DNA of 64,000 nucleotides from Bacillota bacterium (GTDB taxonomy: Bacteria; Patescibacteriota; Patescibacteriia; Patescibacteriales; UBA12465). This document shows positions 45,766 through 55,430 of this stretch, piece after piece; positions within the stretch are counted from its first letter, which is position 1; every line of letters begins with the position of its first letter. Under the pieces are notes generated by a model. It saw nothing but the letters and a program-made list of their open reading frames with translations, was not told the DNA's origin and made no database searches. Location: the NCBI GenBank assembly GCA_050259635.1, contig JBLNBA010000002.1, forward strand, positions 26,681 to 90,680. Reading direction: 5' to 3'. The position numbers and the translations under genes are program-made.

Positions 45766-48702
45766 ATGGCCGGAAAGAAAAGCAACCTCAATATTGCCCA
45801 GCAGTCCGCCGTCGATCATCGCCGCGGGCCGCTTTTAGTGGTGGCTGGAGCCGGTACCGGGAAGACCACAGTCTTGGTTAATCGTCTGGCTTCTATTTTA
45901 GAGACGGAAAAACTTACCAGCGATCGGGTCCTTCTTTTGACCTTTACTGAAAAGGCCGCTCAGGAAATGGAGGAGAGGGCGGATCGCTTGCTGCCTTACG
46001 GTTATCTCGATCTCTGGATCAATACCTTCCATAGTTTTTGTGAGCGCATTCTGCGTGAGCATGCCTTGGATATTGGCTTGCCCGCGGATTTTCGGGTCCT
46101 GTCTGCAACTGAACAGTGGATGATGATGAAGAAGAATCTTTCTTCGTTCTCCCTTGATTACTATCGCCCTTTGGGTAATCCGACGAAGTTCATCACCGAA
46201 CTCCTGAAGCATTTCTCGCGCCTGAAAGATGAGAATATTTCCTCGGCAGAATATCTGGCTTTTGCCGATAAGTCCGTTTCTGAAGCGGCGGATGCGAGTG
46301 AAGATGAGCTTGAAGAAGCGCTGGAAGGCGGGCGTCTGCGAGAGCTGGCTAAAGCCTATGATGATTATAATCGCTTGCTCCTGGAAAACAGTTGGTTGGA
46401 TTTTGGCGACCTCATCCTATATGCTCTGAAATTGTTTAGAGATCGTCCGAATATTCTTAAATCATATCGCGAGCGTTTTGCCTATATAATGGTCGATGAA
46501 TTCCAGGATACGAATTGGGCCCAGTATGAGCTCGTGAAGCTGCTGGCCGCCCCGGATAATAATCTGATGGTGGTGGGAGATGACGACCAGGCGATCTATC
46601 GCTTTAGAGGAGCTTCACTGGCTAATATCATGCAGTTTAAGGATGATTTTCCTCAAGCCAAAGAAATAATATTGACAGAGAACTATCGCTCCCGCCAGGA
46701 CATTCTCGATATTGCACATCGTTTCATCCGGAAGAACGATCCTAATCGTTTAGAGGACAAGTTAAAGATAGACAAAGGATTGAAAGCAAAAGGAGAAGCG
46801 GCGAAGCTCGGCTGCCCCCCCGCTTTTTATCTCCTTGAGCGCCAGGAAGATGAGTTGGCGTTCGTGGCGGATAAGATCATGGAAATTTTCGAGAGAGAAA
46901 AGGAAAAGGGGATCACTTGGTCTGATTTTGCCATTCTCGCCCGTTCCAATGATTCGGCCGGCCTTTTTGTGAAGGAATTGGCCCGGCGTAATATCCCTAA
47001 TCAATTCGTGTCTTTGCGCGGCTTATATTACAAGCCCATAATCCTTGATTGCTTGGCTTATCTGAGGCTCTTAGATAATTATCATGAGTCTCCGGCTCTG
47101 TTCAGGGTGCTTGGCCTCGAGCCCTTTAAGATTTCTCATTCTGATATTATCGCTTTGAATAGGCAGGCGAGGAAGAAGTCATGGTCTCTCTTCGAAGCCC
47201 TCAAGTCTGCCGCAAGCATCCCTGGTTTGGCTCCGGAAGCCCTGCCGGCTATCCAGCGCCTGCTTGACCTGATCGCCGCTCATTCAGCGCTTGTCTCCAC
47301 GACTCAACCGAGCAGGCTGTTTTTTAAATTCGTGGAAGAATCGGGGTTGATGAAAGGATTGGACATCGATCGCGACCAGGAAACTTTTTCTTATCTTAAC
47401 CAGTTTTATCAGAAGATGAAACGTTTTGAAGAAGGCCTCCCTTCTGCCCGCCTGGCTGATTTCATGGAAGCGATGGAGTTGGAACTCGAGGCCGGGGAGA
47501 GCGGGTCTTTGCGGCTGGATTATTCTGATGCCGATACGGTAAAGGTAATGACCGCCCACGCTGCTAAGGGCTTAGAATTCCCCTTCGTCTTTGTGGTTAA
47601 TCTGGCGGATAAAAAATTTCCGACCATTAACCGCTCAGAAAAGATCCCCTTGCCTGACGGATTGGTAAAAGAAAAACTAGTAGAATCCAAGGACGCCCAT
47701 ATCGAAGAGGAAAGGCGGCTTTTCTATGTTGCTCTGACCCGTGCCAAGCAGGAATTGTATCTCACTTGTGCTAAGGATTACGGCGGCGCCCGGGAAAAGA
47801 AGTCTTCTCGCTTCGTGGAGGAGGCCGGCCTTGTCCCGATAGCCAGCGGACCCCTGGTTGAAAAGAATGAGCTGCTTCGTGATTTGGCTGCGGAAGGCAA
47901 GGTTTTCCTTGAGGAAGAGATCCGGCCTGAGCAGCTGCCCAAGCGCTACTCTTTCTCGCAGCTGGCAGCTTATGATAAATGTCCTCTTCAGTATAAATAC
48001 GCCTTTATCCTCAAAATTCCCGCACCTTCCGATAAGCCGAGCTTGGTTTTTGGGCGCTTGATGCATTCGGTCTTCTATGAATACCTCAAGCCTTTTGCTG
48101 GCGGTTTGCAGTCCAGTCTATTTTCTGCCGAGACAGATCCGTCGCTTGCCTCCCTGGAACGCTTGCGGTCATTGTTAGACTCGCTTTGGGAAGAGGACGG
48201 CTACGAGAGCGCTGAACAGCGAGAGCAGTATCGGAAGAAAGCCGGGCAGGCGGTTGTAGATTTCCATAAACATTTTGTCGAAGAAGCCGGGGGCCGGCCG
48301 TCATCTCTTTTTCTGGAAAAAAGTTTTTCCTTTAAGATCGCGGGCGAGACCCTTAAGGGCGCCATCGATCGCGTCGATGCTGTTCCGGGGGGAGTGGAGG
48401 TAATCGATTATAAGACAGGGAAACCGAAGGACAAGCTGGCATGGGATGACAGGCGCCAGCTTATTCTCTATCAGCTGTTCCTAGAAGAGGTTTTACAAAT
48501 GAAGGTTTTATCCCTAAGATACTATTATGTAGAAGGGGGAACATCAGTGGCTTTCACACCGAAAGACAAAGAGAAGGATAAGCTTAAGGAGGAAGTAGCC
48601 AGCCAGATAGCCTCCATTAAGCAAAGGCGTTTCCTGCCGAAACCCAATGAGATGTGTAAATTTTGTGATTTCAATAACATCTGCGAATTCCGCCAGCGCT
48701 AA
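45766..48702 (+). CDS. UvrD/PcrA-type helicase fused to a C-terminal PD-(D/E)XK nuclease with Cas4/AddB-like Cys cluster
   Basis: 978 aa. Walker A GAGTGKT, DEFQDTN, VGDDDQAIYRFRGA, TAHAAKGLEF. The C-terminus carries CPLQYKY...DRVD...IDYKTGKP...LYQL...CKFCDFNNIC. Confidence 0.88.
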   Translation: MAGKKSNLNIAQQSAVDHRRGPLLVVAGAGTGKTTVLVNRLASILETEKLTSDRVLLLTFTEKAAQEMEERADRLLPYGYLDLWINTFHSFCERILREHALDIGLPADFRVLSATEQWMMMKKNLSSFSLDYYRPLGNPTKFITELLKHFSRLKDENISSAEYLAFADKSVSEAADASEDELEEALEGGRLRELAKAYDDYNRLLLENSWLDFGDLILYALKLFRDRPNILKSYRERFAYIMVDEFQDTNWAQYELVKLLAAPDNNLMVVGDDDQAIYRFRGASLANIMQFKDDFPQAKEIILTENYRSRQDILDIAHRFIRKNDPNRLEDKLKIDKGLKAKGEAAKLGCPPAFYLLERQEDELAFVADKIMEIFEREKEKGITWSDFAILARSNDSAGLFVKELARRNIPNQFVSLRGLYYKPIILDCLAYLRLLDNYHESPALFRVLGLEPFKISHSDIIALNRQARKKSWSLFEALKSAASIPGLAPEALPAIQRLLDLIAAHSALVSTTQPSRLFFKFVEESGLMKGLDIDRDQETFSYLNQFYQKMKRFEEGLPSARLADFMEAMELELEAGESGSLRLDYSDADTVKVMTAHAAKGLEFPFVFVVNLADKKFPTINRSEKIPLPDGLVKEKLVESKDAHIEEERRLFYVALTRAKQELYLTCAKDYGGAREKKSSRFVEEAGLVPIASGPLVEKNELLRDLAAEGKVFLEEEIRPEQLPKRYSFSQLAAYDKCPLQYKYAFILKIPAPSDKPSLVFGRLMHSVFYEYLKPFAGGLQSSLFSAETDPSLASLERLRSLLDSLWEEDGYESAEQREQYRKKAGQAVVDFHKHFVEEAGGRPSSLFLEKSFSFKIAGETLKGAIDRVDAVPGGVEVIDYKTGKPKDKLAWDDRRQLILYQLFLEEVLQMKVLSLRYYYVEGGTSVAFTPKDKEKDKLKEEVASQIASIKQRRFLPKPNEMCKFCDFNNICEFRQR

Positions 48703-48723
48703 GCCGGCGGATGGCAAGCATAT

Positions 48724-49386
48724 ATGGGAAAGTATATCCGTTGGCGCCTGCTTTTCTACGTTGTCTTCTTCGGGTTCTGGTCTCTTTGGCTGCTGCAAGA
48801 GCGGGTTGATTCCTTTAGCCGCTATATAGTTGATGATTGTCTTAAGGACATCCGGGGGAGCCGGCCGGCGGCCCTCGTTTTGGGCGCCGGAGTGAAAGGG
48901 AACGAAGAAGTGAGCCCTGTCTTTGCCGATCGCCTCGATACCGCCAAAGACCTTTATAAAAAGGGATTGGTAAAAAAGATTTTAGTGAGCGGAGACCATG
49001 GACAGGAATATTATGATGAAGTGACGGCGGCGAAGGATCGATTGGTTGCCCAGGGAGTGCCGGAGCAGGATATTTTTCTTGACCATGCCGGATTTGATAC
49101 CTTTGATAGCATCTATAGGTCGAAAGAAGTTTTTGGCGTAGATTCTATGCTGCTTGTTACCCAGGATTTCCATTTGCGGCGGTCGCTGTTCATTGCTAAT
49201 CGTCTGGGTCTGGATGCTTGGGGCTGTCGGGCGGATAAGCGATATTATCTCAATAGCAAATATATGGAGCATCGCGAGTGGTTTGCTACTGTCAAAGCCT
49301 GGTTAGATGTGAACCTGGGGTCCAGGCCAAAATACCTTGGTGATCCGATCGATATTTCCGGTGACGGACGTATTACCTGGGATTAA
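48724..49386 (+). CDS. sanA: SanA/YdcF (DUF218) family envelope protein
   Basis: 220 aa. N-terminal [32 protein letters not shown]. Collinear with E. coli SanA from memory. Confidence 0.82.
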   Translation: MGKYIRWRLLFYVVFFGFWSLWLLQERVDSFSRYIVDDCLKDIRGSRPAALVLGAGVKGNEEVSPVFADRLDTAKDLYKKGLVKKILVSGDHGQEYYDEVTAAKDRLVAQGVPEQDIFLDHAGFDTFDSIYRSKEVFGVDSMLLVTQDFHLRRSLFIANRLGLDAWGCRADKRYYLNSKYMEHREWFATVKAWLDVNLGSRPKYLGDPIDISGDGRITWD

Positions 49387-49394
49387 ACAAATAT

Positions 49395-50411
49395 ATGGAA
49401 GAAAACCAACGCCTGCTTGATCCGCAGGAGACAACGGAAGAGGTCGCCCTTGAGATGAGCTTGCGCCCGCGGTTTTTGCGAGATTATATCGGGCAGGAAG
49501 GGATAAAGGCTAACCTAGAAATCGCGATCATGGCGGCGAAACAGAGGAAAGAACCGATTGAACACGTATTATTATATGGTGCTCCCGGCTTGGGCAAGAC
49601 CACCCTCGCCCATGTAATCGCTAATGAGATGGGTGCGGATATCCGCGTCACGTCGGGGCCGGCGATTGAGAAGAGCGGCGATTTAGCCGCTATTTTAAGT
49701 AATCTTGAAGAAGGAGACATATTATTCATTGACGAGATCCATCGCTTGCCGAAAGCGGTGGAAGAAATCTTATATCCGGCGATGGAGGATTATGCCCTGG
49801 ATATCATCATGGGGAAGGGGCCTTCCGCCAGGACTTTGCGTTTGGATCTTCCTCGTTTTACCGTTATCGGAGCCACGACTCTGGCCAGCCTCCTTTCTGC
49901 GCCTTTACGCGATCGTTTTGGCTTGTCTCATCATCTGGAGTTTTACCAAGAAGCGGAAATGGTGAGAATCATCATGAGGAGCGCCGGCATTCTCAACGTC
50001 CCCTTGTCCCCGGAAACGGCGACGGCTATTGCCGCCCGTTCTCGCCGCACGCCGCGCATTGCCAACCGTTTGTTAAAGCGCGTCCGGGATTACTGCCAAG
50101 TGAAAAATGGCGGTGAAATCACCCTGAACGCTTGCAACGATGCTTTCTCCTTACTGGCGGTTGATCATCTCGGCCTTGATGCTGTCGATCGCAAAATCCT
50201 TGAGGTGATTATTGACAAGTTCCGCGGCGGGCCGGTAGGACTCAACACTTTGGCGGCCGCCACCGGAGAGGAAATCGACACTTTGGAAAATATGTATGAA
50301 CCATATCTGTTACAGCTTGGCTTCCTTGATCGTTCGCCCAGAGGCAGAGTGGCAACTCCGTCGGCTTATGAGCATTTAGGAAAAAAATTTAATGAGAACG
50401 GATTACTCTGA
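49395..50411 (+). CDS. ruvB: Holliday junction branch-migration helicase RuvB
   Basis: [24 protein letters not shown]-type Walker A (GAPGLGKTT), FIDEIHRL and TPRIANRLL. Confidence 0.96.
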   Translation: MEENQRLLDPQETTEEVALEMSLRPRFLRDYIGQEGIKANLEIAIMAAKQRKEPIEHVLLYGAPGLGKTTLAHVIANEMGADIRVTSGPAIEKSGDLAAILSNLEEGDILFIDEIHRLPKAVEEILYPAMEDYALDIIMGKGPSARTLRLDLPRFTVIGATTLASLLSAPLRDRFGLSHHLEFYQEAEMVRIIMRSAGILNVPLSPETATAIAARSRRTPRIANRLLKRVRDYCQVKNGGEITLNACNDAFSLLAVDHLGLDAVDRKILEVIIDKFRGGPVGLNTLAAATGEEIDTLENMYEPYLLQLGFLDRSPRGRVATPSAYEHLGKKFNENGLL

Positions 50412-50419
50412 TAACCCCT

Positions 50420-51478
50420 ATGATTTCGCTAACAGATTATGATTACGTCTTGCCGCGAGAATTAATCGCGCAAGAGCCGGTTAAGCCGCGCGATCACGCT
50501 CGGCTTTTATGTGTGGACCGCGAAAGCGGAATGATGCGCGACTTGCGTTTTGACGACCTCGTTTCAGAGTTGCATAAAGGAGATATTCTCGTCGTTAATG
50601 ATTCTAAAGTATTTCCTGCCAGATTGGTCGGAACAAAAGAGAGCGGAGGGCGGGTGGAAATTTTTTTGCATCGCCAAATTAAGGGTAGCCGTTGGGAATG
50701 CTTGGTGGGCGGGAGAGTGCACGCTGGATTGGAAGTAATATTAGGAAGAAGATTAAGGGCGACTCTCCTCAGCGATCAAGGCGACGGGACTTGGCTTGTC
50801 GATTTCAACCTGAGTGGCGCGGTCTTCGAGCGGATTGTGGAAAGGATCGGGCATATGCCCTTGCCTCCTTATATCAGGCCCGGAGACTCAAAGCAGGCAG
50901 ATAGGACGCGCTACCAAACTGTCTATGCGGATAACGCCCATAAGGGCTCAGTCGCAGCGCCGACGGCCGGCCTGCATTTTACTGGACGCTTACTGGATAA
51001 AATCAAAGGAAAGGGAGTGAAGATTGTGCCGGTAACTTTACATGTGGGTCTGGGAACGTTCGCCGGCGTAAAGTCCCAGGATATCAGAAAACATAAGATG
51101 CATTCGGAGCTGGCTCGGCTATCCAAAAGCGCCGCTCAGGAATTAATGAAAGCTAAACAAGAGAAGCGACGTATAATAGCCGTTGGCACTACGGCTTGCC
51201 GGGTTCTTGAATCATATGGCCAGGCGGTTGCTAAAAAAGAGATAGTTATGGGGGAACCCTATCAAGCTTGGACGGATATTTTTATCTATCCGGGATACCA
51301 GTTCAAGCTGGTAGACGGGTTGATAACGAATTTTCATCTGCCTAAATCAAGCTTGATCATGCTGGTCTCTGCTTTTGCGGGTTATAAGCAGACAATGGCG
51401 GCTTATCAACATGCGATAGTCGGGAAATATCGTTTTTATAGTTATGGGGATGCGATGTTCCTATTTGGCGGTCGTTAG
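50420..51478 (+). CDS. queA: S-adenosylmethionine:tRNA ribosyltransferase-isomerase
   Basis: YDYVLPRELIAQEP, PLPPYI, SVAAPTAGLHFT, VGTT and FRFYSYGDAM. Confidence 0.94.
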   Translation: MISLTDYDYVLPRELIAQEPVKPRDHARLLCVDRESGMMRDLRFDDLVSELHKGDILVVNDSKVFPARLVGTKESGGRVEIFLHRQIKGSRWECLVGGRVHAGLEVILGRRLRATLLSDQGDGTWLVDFNLSGAVFERIVERIGHMPLPPYIRPGDSKQADRTRYQTVYADNAHKGSVAAPTAGLHFTGRLLDKIKGKGVKIVPVTLHVGLGTFAGVKSQDIRKHKMHSELARLSKSAAQELMKAKQEKRRIIAVGTTACRVLESYGQAVAKKEIVMGEPYQAWTDIFIYPGYQFKLVDGLITNFHLPKSSLIMLVSAFAGYKQTMAAYQHAIVGKYRFYSYGDAMFLFGGR

Positions 51479-51538
51479 GTCTTGGCGCTTCTCAATTGAG
51501 AAGTAATAATTCGTCGTTAAATTCCCCTAAAGGTAGGC

Positions 51539-51567
51539 TTGCTTTTTGTCTTATTTTGTGATATAGT
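51539..51567 (+). promoter_or_regulatory. sigma70-type promoter upstream of lepB
   Basis: TTGCTT-N17-TATAGT with an extended -10 (TGATATAGT), the same -10 string as at 4852-4860. Confidence 0.5.
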
Positions 51568-51574
51568 TGTAAAA

Positions 51575-51612
51575 TCTTGCTGAACAATTATTTAATCTTA
51601 GCAAGTTTTTTT
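51575..51612 (+). promoter_or_regulatory. terminator-like hairpin in the lepB leader (possible attenuator)
   Basis: CTTGCT / AGCAAG stem with a ~18-nt loop, followed by T7. Lies between the predicted transcription start and the lepB ATG (51642). Confidence 0.4.
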
Positions 51613-51641
51613 ACCTAATATCGTCATTTGCCATATATATT

Positions 51642-52229
51642 ATGTTTAAAAAATTTTTAGTAATCGCCTGGGAAGGTATAAAGGTAGTGGCGATTTCGCT
51701 TGCGATTATCATTCCGGTCCGATATTTCCTTATCCAGCCTTTTTATGTGAAGGGAGCTTCGATGGAACCCAGTTTCTATGATCATGAATATCTAATAATC
51801 GATGAAATCAGTTACCGTTTTCGCCCGATTACCAGGGGGGAGGTCGTAGTTTTCCGTTACCCCCTGAATCCTCAAGAGTATTTTATTAAGCGCGTCATCG
51901 GCTTACCTGGAGAAACTGTCCAGATTAAGGATGCGAAGGTGATAGTATATAATGACCAATATCCCGGGGGGCTTGTATTAGACGAGCCTTATCTCAGCGA
52001 AGGCACTCCTACCTATGCCAATGATGAGAGCAAGATAACCTTGGAACCGGATGAATATTTTGTCCTCGGAGACAATCGTACCGCCTCTAAAGATTCCCGC
52101 ACTTTCGGGCCGATCAACAAAAGTTTTATCACCGGGCATGTCTTCTTGAGAGGCTGGCCTTTCAGTCGCGCTGATATTTTCAACGATAAGCTAGATTATT
52201 CGCCAACCGGCGACGGAAACCTTAATTGA
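51642..52229 (+). CDS. lepB: signal peptidase I
   Basis: TM anchor, the catalytic Ser box GASMEPS, RGEVVVF, and GDNRTASKDSR. Confidence 0.93.
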   Translation: MFKKFLVIAWEGIKVVAISLAIIIPVRYFLIQPFYVKGASMEPSFYDHEYLIIDEISYRFRPITRGEVVVFRYPLNPQEYFIKRVIGLPGETVQIKDAKVIVYNDQYPGGLVLDEPYLSEGTPTYANDESKITLEPDEYFVLGDNRTASKDSRTFGPINKSFITGHVFLRGWPFSRADIFNDKLDYSPTGDGNLN

Positions 52230-52236
52230 TTAAATT

Positions 52237-53598
52237 ATGCCCAGAAGAAAAATGCCCGTGCGGATCCAGCCTGCCGCCAAGAAACCGGCGCTGGAAAAGC
52301 GCAGTGCGAAAACCATAGATCGTCTTTTAGGAATGAAGGATATCGTTCCTTCGGAATATCGCTATTTTAGCGCCATTAGGAATAAGGCGGCTTCTTTGGC
52401 TGAATTATACAGCTTTAACGCGATTAAGACGCCGGTGATAGAAAGTCCGGAACTGTATAAGAAATCGATGCGCAACGGCAATGATAAGGAAATATATGAG
52501 GTAAGCTGCGAGAAGGGAGAGGACAGCGTCCTGCGCCCCGAGCTCACTCAAGGAATCTTGCGCGCTTATATTGAGAATAATTTTTCTGAACTGCCGCAAC
52601 CTGTCCGATTATATTCCATCGGCCCGGTTTTTCGCAGGGAGAAGATGCAGAGCGGCCGATATCGTGAGTCTACCCAGTTCGACCTGGAGATTATCGGAGA
52701 GAACAAGCCCATGGCGGAGGCATTATTGATCGCCGCCGCTTATAATTTCCTGCGCGATCTGCAAGCCAATTTCCAGATCCAGATAAACAGTATCGGGAAA
52801 GCGGATTGCCGGAAGGATTACAGCAACAAGCTCGCAAACTTCTATAAAGAACGTGGCCGAAAATCAAAGCTCTGCAATAACTGCAAAAAAAACCTAGGGA
52901 AGAACATGATGGCTTTGTTGGACTGCAAAGAAGAAGCTTGCCAGCGGACCCTTGCCGAGGCACCGCAATTAGCGGATTTCTTGTCCGATGAAAGCAGGGA
53001 ACATTTCGCCAAGGTTCTTGAGTATCTGGATGAGCTGGCTATCCCTTATAATTTCAATCCCTATCTGGTCCGCGGTTTGGCCTATTATAACGATACAGTC
53101 TTTGAAATATGGCCGGTTGGGGATGACGGAATAGCCAATTCCAAGCAGGCCTTGGCAGGAGGCGGACGATATGATAACTTAGTGGAGAGCTTGGGGGGCC
53201 GCCCTACGCCATCGGTCGGATTGGCCTTTGGACTCGAGAGGGTTGTAGCCAGGGTCAAGGACCGGACCGAGCTTCCGGATTACAAGCAAGAAGTCGTTTT
53301 TCTTGCCCAATTGGGAGATCAAGCTAAGATCAAATCTTTGATGCTTTTCGAAGAACTGCGTCGAGCAGGCTTTAATGTCCGCCAATCTTTCTCGACCGAT
53401 AGCTTGAAAAACCAGATGGAAGAAGCGGCACGCTTGAAATCGAAGGTAAGTTTAATCTTGGGCAAGAAAGAAGTGATGGACGAGACGATTATGCTTAGAG
53501 ATATGGAGTCTGGCGTTCAGGAAACCGTTGCGTTCAAGAAAATAAAAGACCGTTTAGAAAAAAAAGTAAATAGAAAGGAAGGTGTTATTTATGGCTGA
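52237..53598 (+). CDS. hisS: histidyl-tRNA synthetase
   Basis: Class II motifs (LRPELT, FRRE, GGGRYD), the Cys-containing insertion, and a C-terminal anticodon-binding domain. Confidence 0.94.
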   Translation: MPRRKMPVRIQPAAKKPALEKRSAKTIDRLLGMKDIVPSEYRYFSAIRNKAASLAELYSFNAIKTPVIESPELYKKSMRNGNDKEIYEVSCEKGEDSVLRPELTQGILRAYIENNFSELPQPVRLYSIGPVFRREKMQSGRYRESTQFDLEIIGENKPMAEALLIAAAYNFLRDLQANFQIQINSIGKADCRKDYSNKLANFYKERGRKSKLCNNCKKNLGKNMMALLDCKEEACQRTLAEAPQLADFLSDESREHFAKVLEYLDELAIPYNFNPYLVRGLAYYNDTVFEIWPVGDDGIANSKQALAGGGRYDNLVESLGGRPTPSVGLAFGLERVVARVKDRTELPDYKQEVVFLAQLGDQAKIKSLMLFEELRRAGFNVRQSFSTDSLKNQMEEAARLKSKVSLILGKKEVMDETIMLRDMESGVQETVAFKKIKDRLEKKVNRKEGVIYG

Positions 53599-53821
53599 TT
53601 TTAAGAGAAAACCCGGAGAAAGCTTCGAAAGCTTCTTGAGAAAATTCAAGAAAGGCTTGAAGAATAGTAAGCGCCTCGAAAAGGCGCGTTCGAAGCAGCA
53701 TTTGGAGCCTAAAAAGACCAAACGCCAGCAAAAGAAATATGCTTTGACCAGTATGGCCATGCAGAAGCAGAAAGAATTGCTTCGCAAGACCGGCAAGCTG
53801 GAAGAAACTCAGAGCCGATAA
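53591..53821 (+). CDS. rpsU: 30S ribosomal protein S21
   Basis: 76 aa from ATG 53591, which overlaps the hisS end. Basic, with ESFESFLRKFKK and EPKKTKRQQKK. Confidence 0.85.
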   Translation: MADFKRKPGESFESFLRKFKKGLKNSKRLEKARSKQHLEPKKTKRQQKKYALTSMAMQKQKELLRKTGKLEETQSR

Positions 53822-53834
53822 TTCGATTGCAGAT

Positions 53835-53863
53835 AAAAACGCCCGCTTATGCGGGCGTTTTTT
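53835..53863. terminator. bidirectional intrinsic terminator
   Basis: A5, CGCCCGC TTAT GCGGGCG, T6. Confidence 0.85.
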
Positions 53864-53874
53864 ATTGCCTTTGC

Positions 53875-55338
53875 TTATTTTTTTCCTATACCCGGAAAGA
53901 GGCGCTTAATATTTTCTAGCGGGCCTTTCTTCGCATATTGCCTGATGCGGTCACGAGCGCGTTTGGTCTTAACGAATTTCAACCAGTCACGATTAGGGTA
54001 GAGACGAGTCTTGTCTGTGATGATTTCGACTAAATCGCCGTTTTTCAGCTCCTGGTCAAGCCTTGCCAGGCGGTCGTTGACAATCGCGCCCGTTGCCTGA
54101 TTGCCGACATTGGTGTGGATGGCGTAGGCAAGGTCGATGGGGGTGGAGAATTCCGGCAGCTCAAAGGCGTCTCCTTTCGGAGAGAAGACGAAGATGCGGT
54201 CATTGAAAATATCAAGCTTGATGTTTTTTATGAGTTCGCTGGTGTCGGAAACCTCTTTTTGGATGTCGATTATTTCTTTCACCCACAACGGCTGCATTCC
54301 TTTCTCGTTCTTATTCTTGTAATACCAATGGGCAGCCAAGCCGTACATGGCCTCTTCGTGCATTTCGCGGGTACGAATCTGGAATTCGACCGCCTTATTA
54401 TCCGGGCCGTAAATAGTCGTGTGGAGTGAGCGATAGCCATTGGGCTTGGGGACGGCGATATAATCTTTGAAACGGTTAGGTTTGGGACGCCAAAGAGTAT
54501 GGATGATCCCTAAAGCCTTGTAACAATCATCCACCGTTGGCACGATTACGCGCAAGGCAAATACATCGTATATTTCATCGAACTTCCGGTCTTTGCGTTG
54601 CATCTTCTGGAAGATGCTATAGAGGTGTTTGAAGCGGACTTCCGTTTCATGTTGGATTCCAGCCTCTTTAAGTCTGGGGATGAGTTGCGCCTTAATCTTT
54701 TGGAAGTATTGATTCCTCTCCGCTTTCTTTTCTACTTCATATTCCTGCTCGAGTTCGGCGAATTTTTGGGGATAAAGATACTTAAAACAGATATCTTCCA
54801 TTTGCCACTTAAGCCGCCAAATACCCAGCATGCCGGCAATGGGAGCATATATTTCCAGAGTCTCCTGGGCGATGCGCCGTTGTTTGGCTGGTGGAAGGCC
54901 GTCTAAAGTGCGGAGATTATGCAGGCGATCGCAGAATTTAATAAAAATGACGCGGATATCCGTCGTCATCGCTAAAAACATTTTTTTTAGATTTTCCCGA
55001 TATCGCTCGATTCCGCGATATTTGATCTTGCCTAGTTTGGTGATGCCCGCGACTAGGGTCGCAACCTCTGAGCCAAAATTCCTTTCCACGTCTTCAAAAG
55101 TGTAGTCCGTATCCTCCGGGACGTCATGTATGAGACCGGTTACAATTGTGGGGAGATCGGCATTGATTTCTGCGAGCAGATAAGCCGTATGCAAAGGATG
55201 CTGGATGTATGGTTCGCCGGTCTTGCGAAGCTGCCCTCCGTGTGCCTCGGCGGCGAAATCGTATGCTAAACGGAGCATCGTCGGGTCTTCGCCGGGATGC
55301 TTTTCTAAGAATTTGGTTATGATGCGATCGATAGTCAT
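53875..55338 (-). CDS. relA: RelA/SpoT-family (p)ppGpp synthetase/hydrolase (HD + synthetase + TGS; no long C-terminal regulatory region)
   Basis: 487 aa. HD motif (HPLHTA...HDVPEDT), synthetase core (FKDYIAVPKPNGYRSLHT), and a TGS-like region (IFVFSPKGDAFELPEFSTPIDLAY). Confidence 0.92.
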   Translation of the reverse strand: MTIDRIITKFLEKHPGEDPTMLRLAYDFAAEAHGGQLRKTGEPYIQHPLHTAYLLAEINADLPTIVTGLIHDVPEDTDYTFEDVERNFGSEVATLVAGITKLGKIKYRGIERYRENLKKMFLAMTTDIRVIFIKFCDRLHNLRTLDGLPPAKQRRIAQETLEIYAPIAGMLGIWRLKWQMEDICFKYLYPQKFAELEQEYEVEKKAERNQYFQKIKAQLIPRLKEAGIQHETEVRFKHLYSIFQKMQRKDRKFDEIYDVFALRVIVPTVDDCYKALGIIHTLWRPKPNRFKDYIAVPKPNGYRSLHTTIYGPDNKAVEFQIRTREMHEEAMYGLAAHWYYKNKNEKGMQPLWVKEIIDIQKEVSDTSELIKNIKLDIFNDRIFVFSPKGDAFELPEFSTPIDLAYAIHTNVGNQATGAIVNDRLARLDQELKNGDLVEIITDKTRLYPNRDWLKFVKTKRARDRIRQYAKKGPLENIKRLFPGIGKK

Positions 55339-55364
55339 TTTTCTTTCCCAATAATCGGCCTTTA

Positions 55365-55373
55365 TGTTATAAT
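55365..55373 (+). promoter_or_regulatory. extended -10 element upstream of the first giant surface-protein gene
   Basis: TGTTATAAT. I found no clear -35 element. Confidence 0.35.
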
Positions 55374-55430
55374 ATCGATATGCGCCGAGCTAATAAATTA
55401 TACCATGCTTTGCGTTTCAATTGAAACAAA

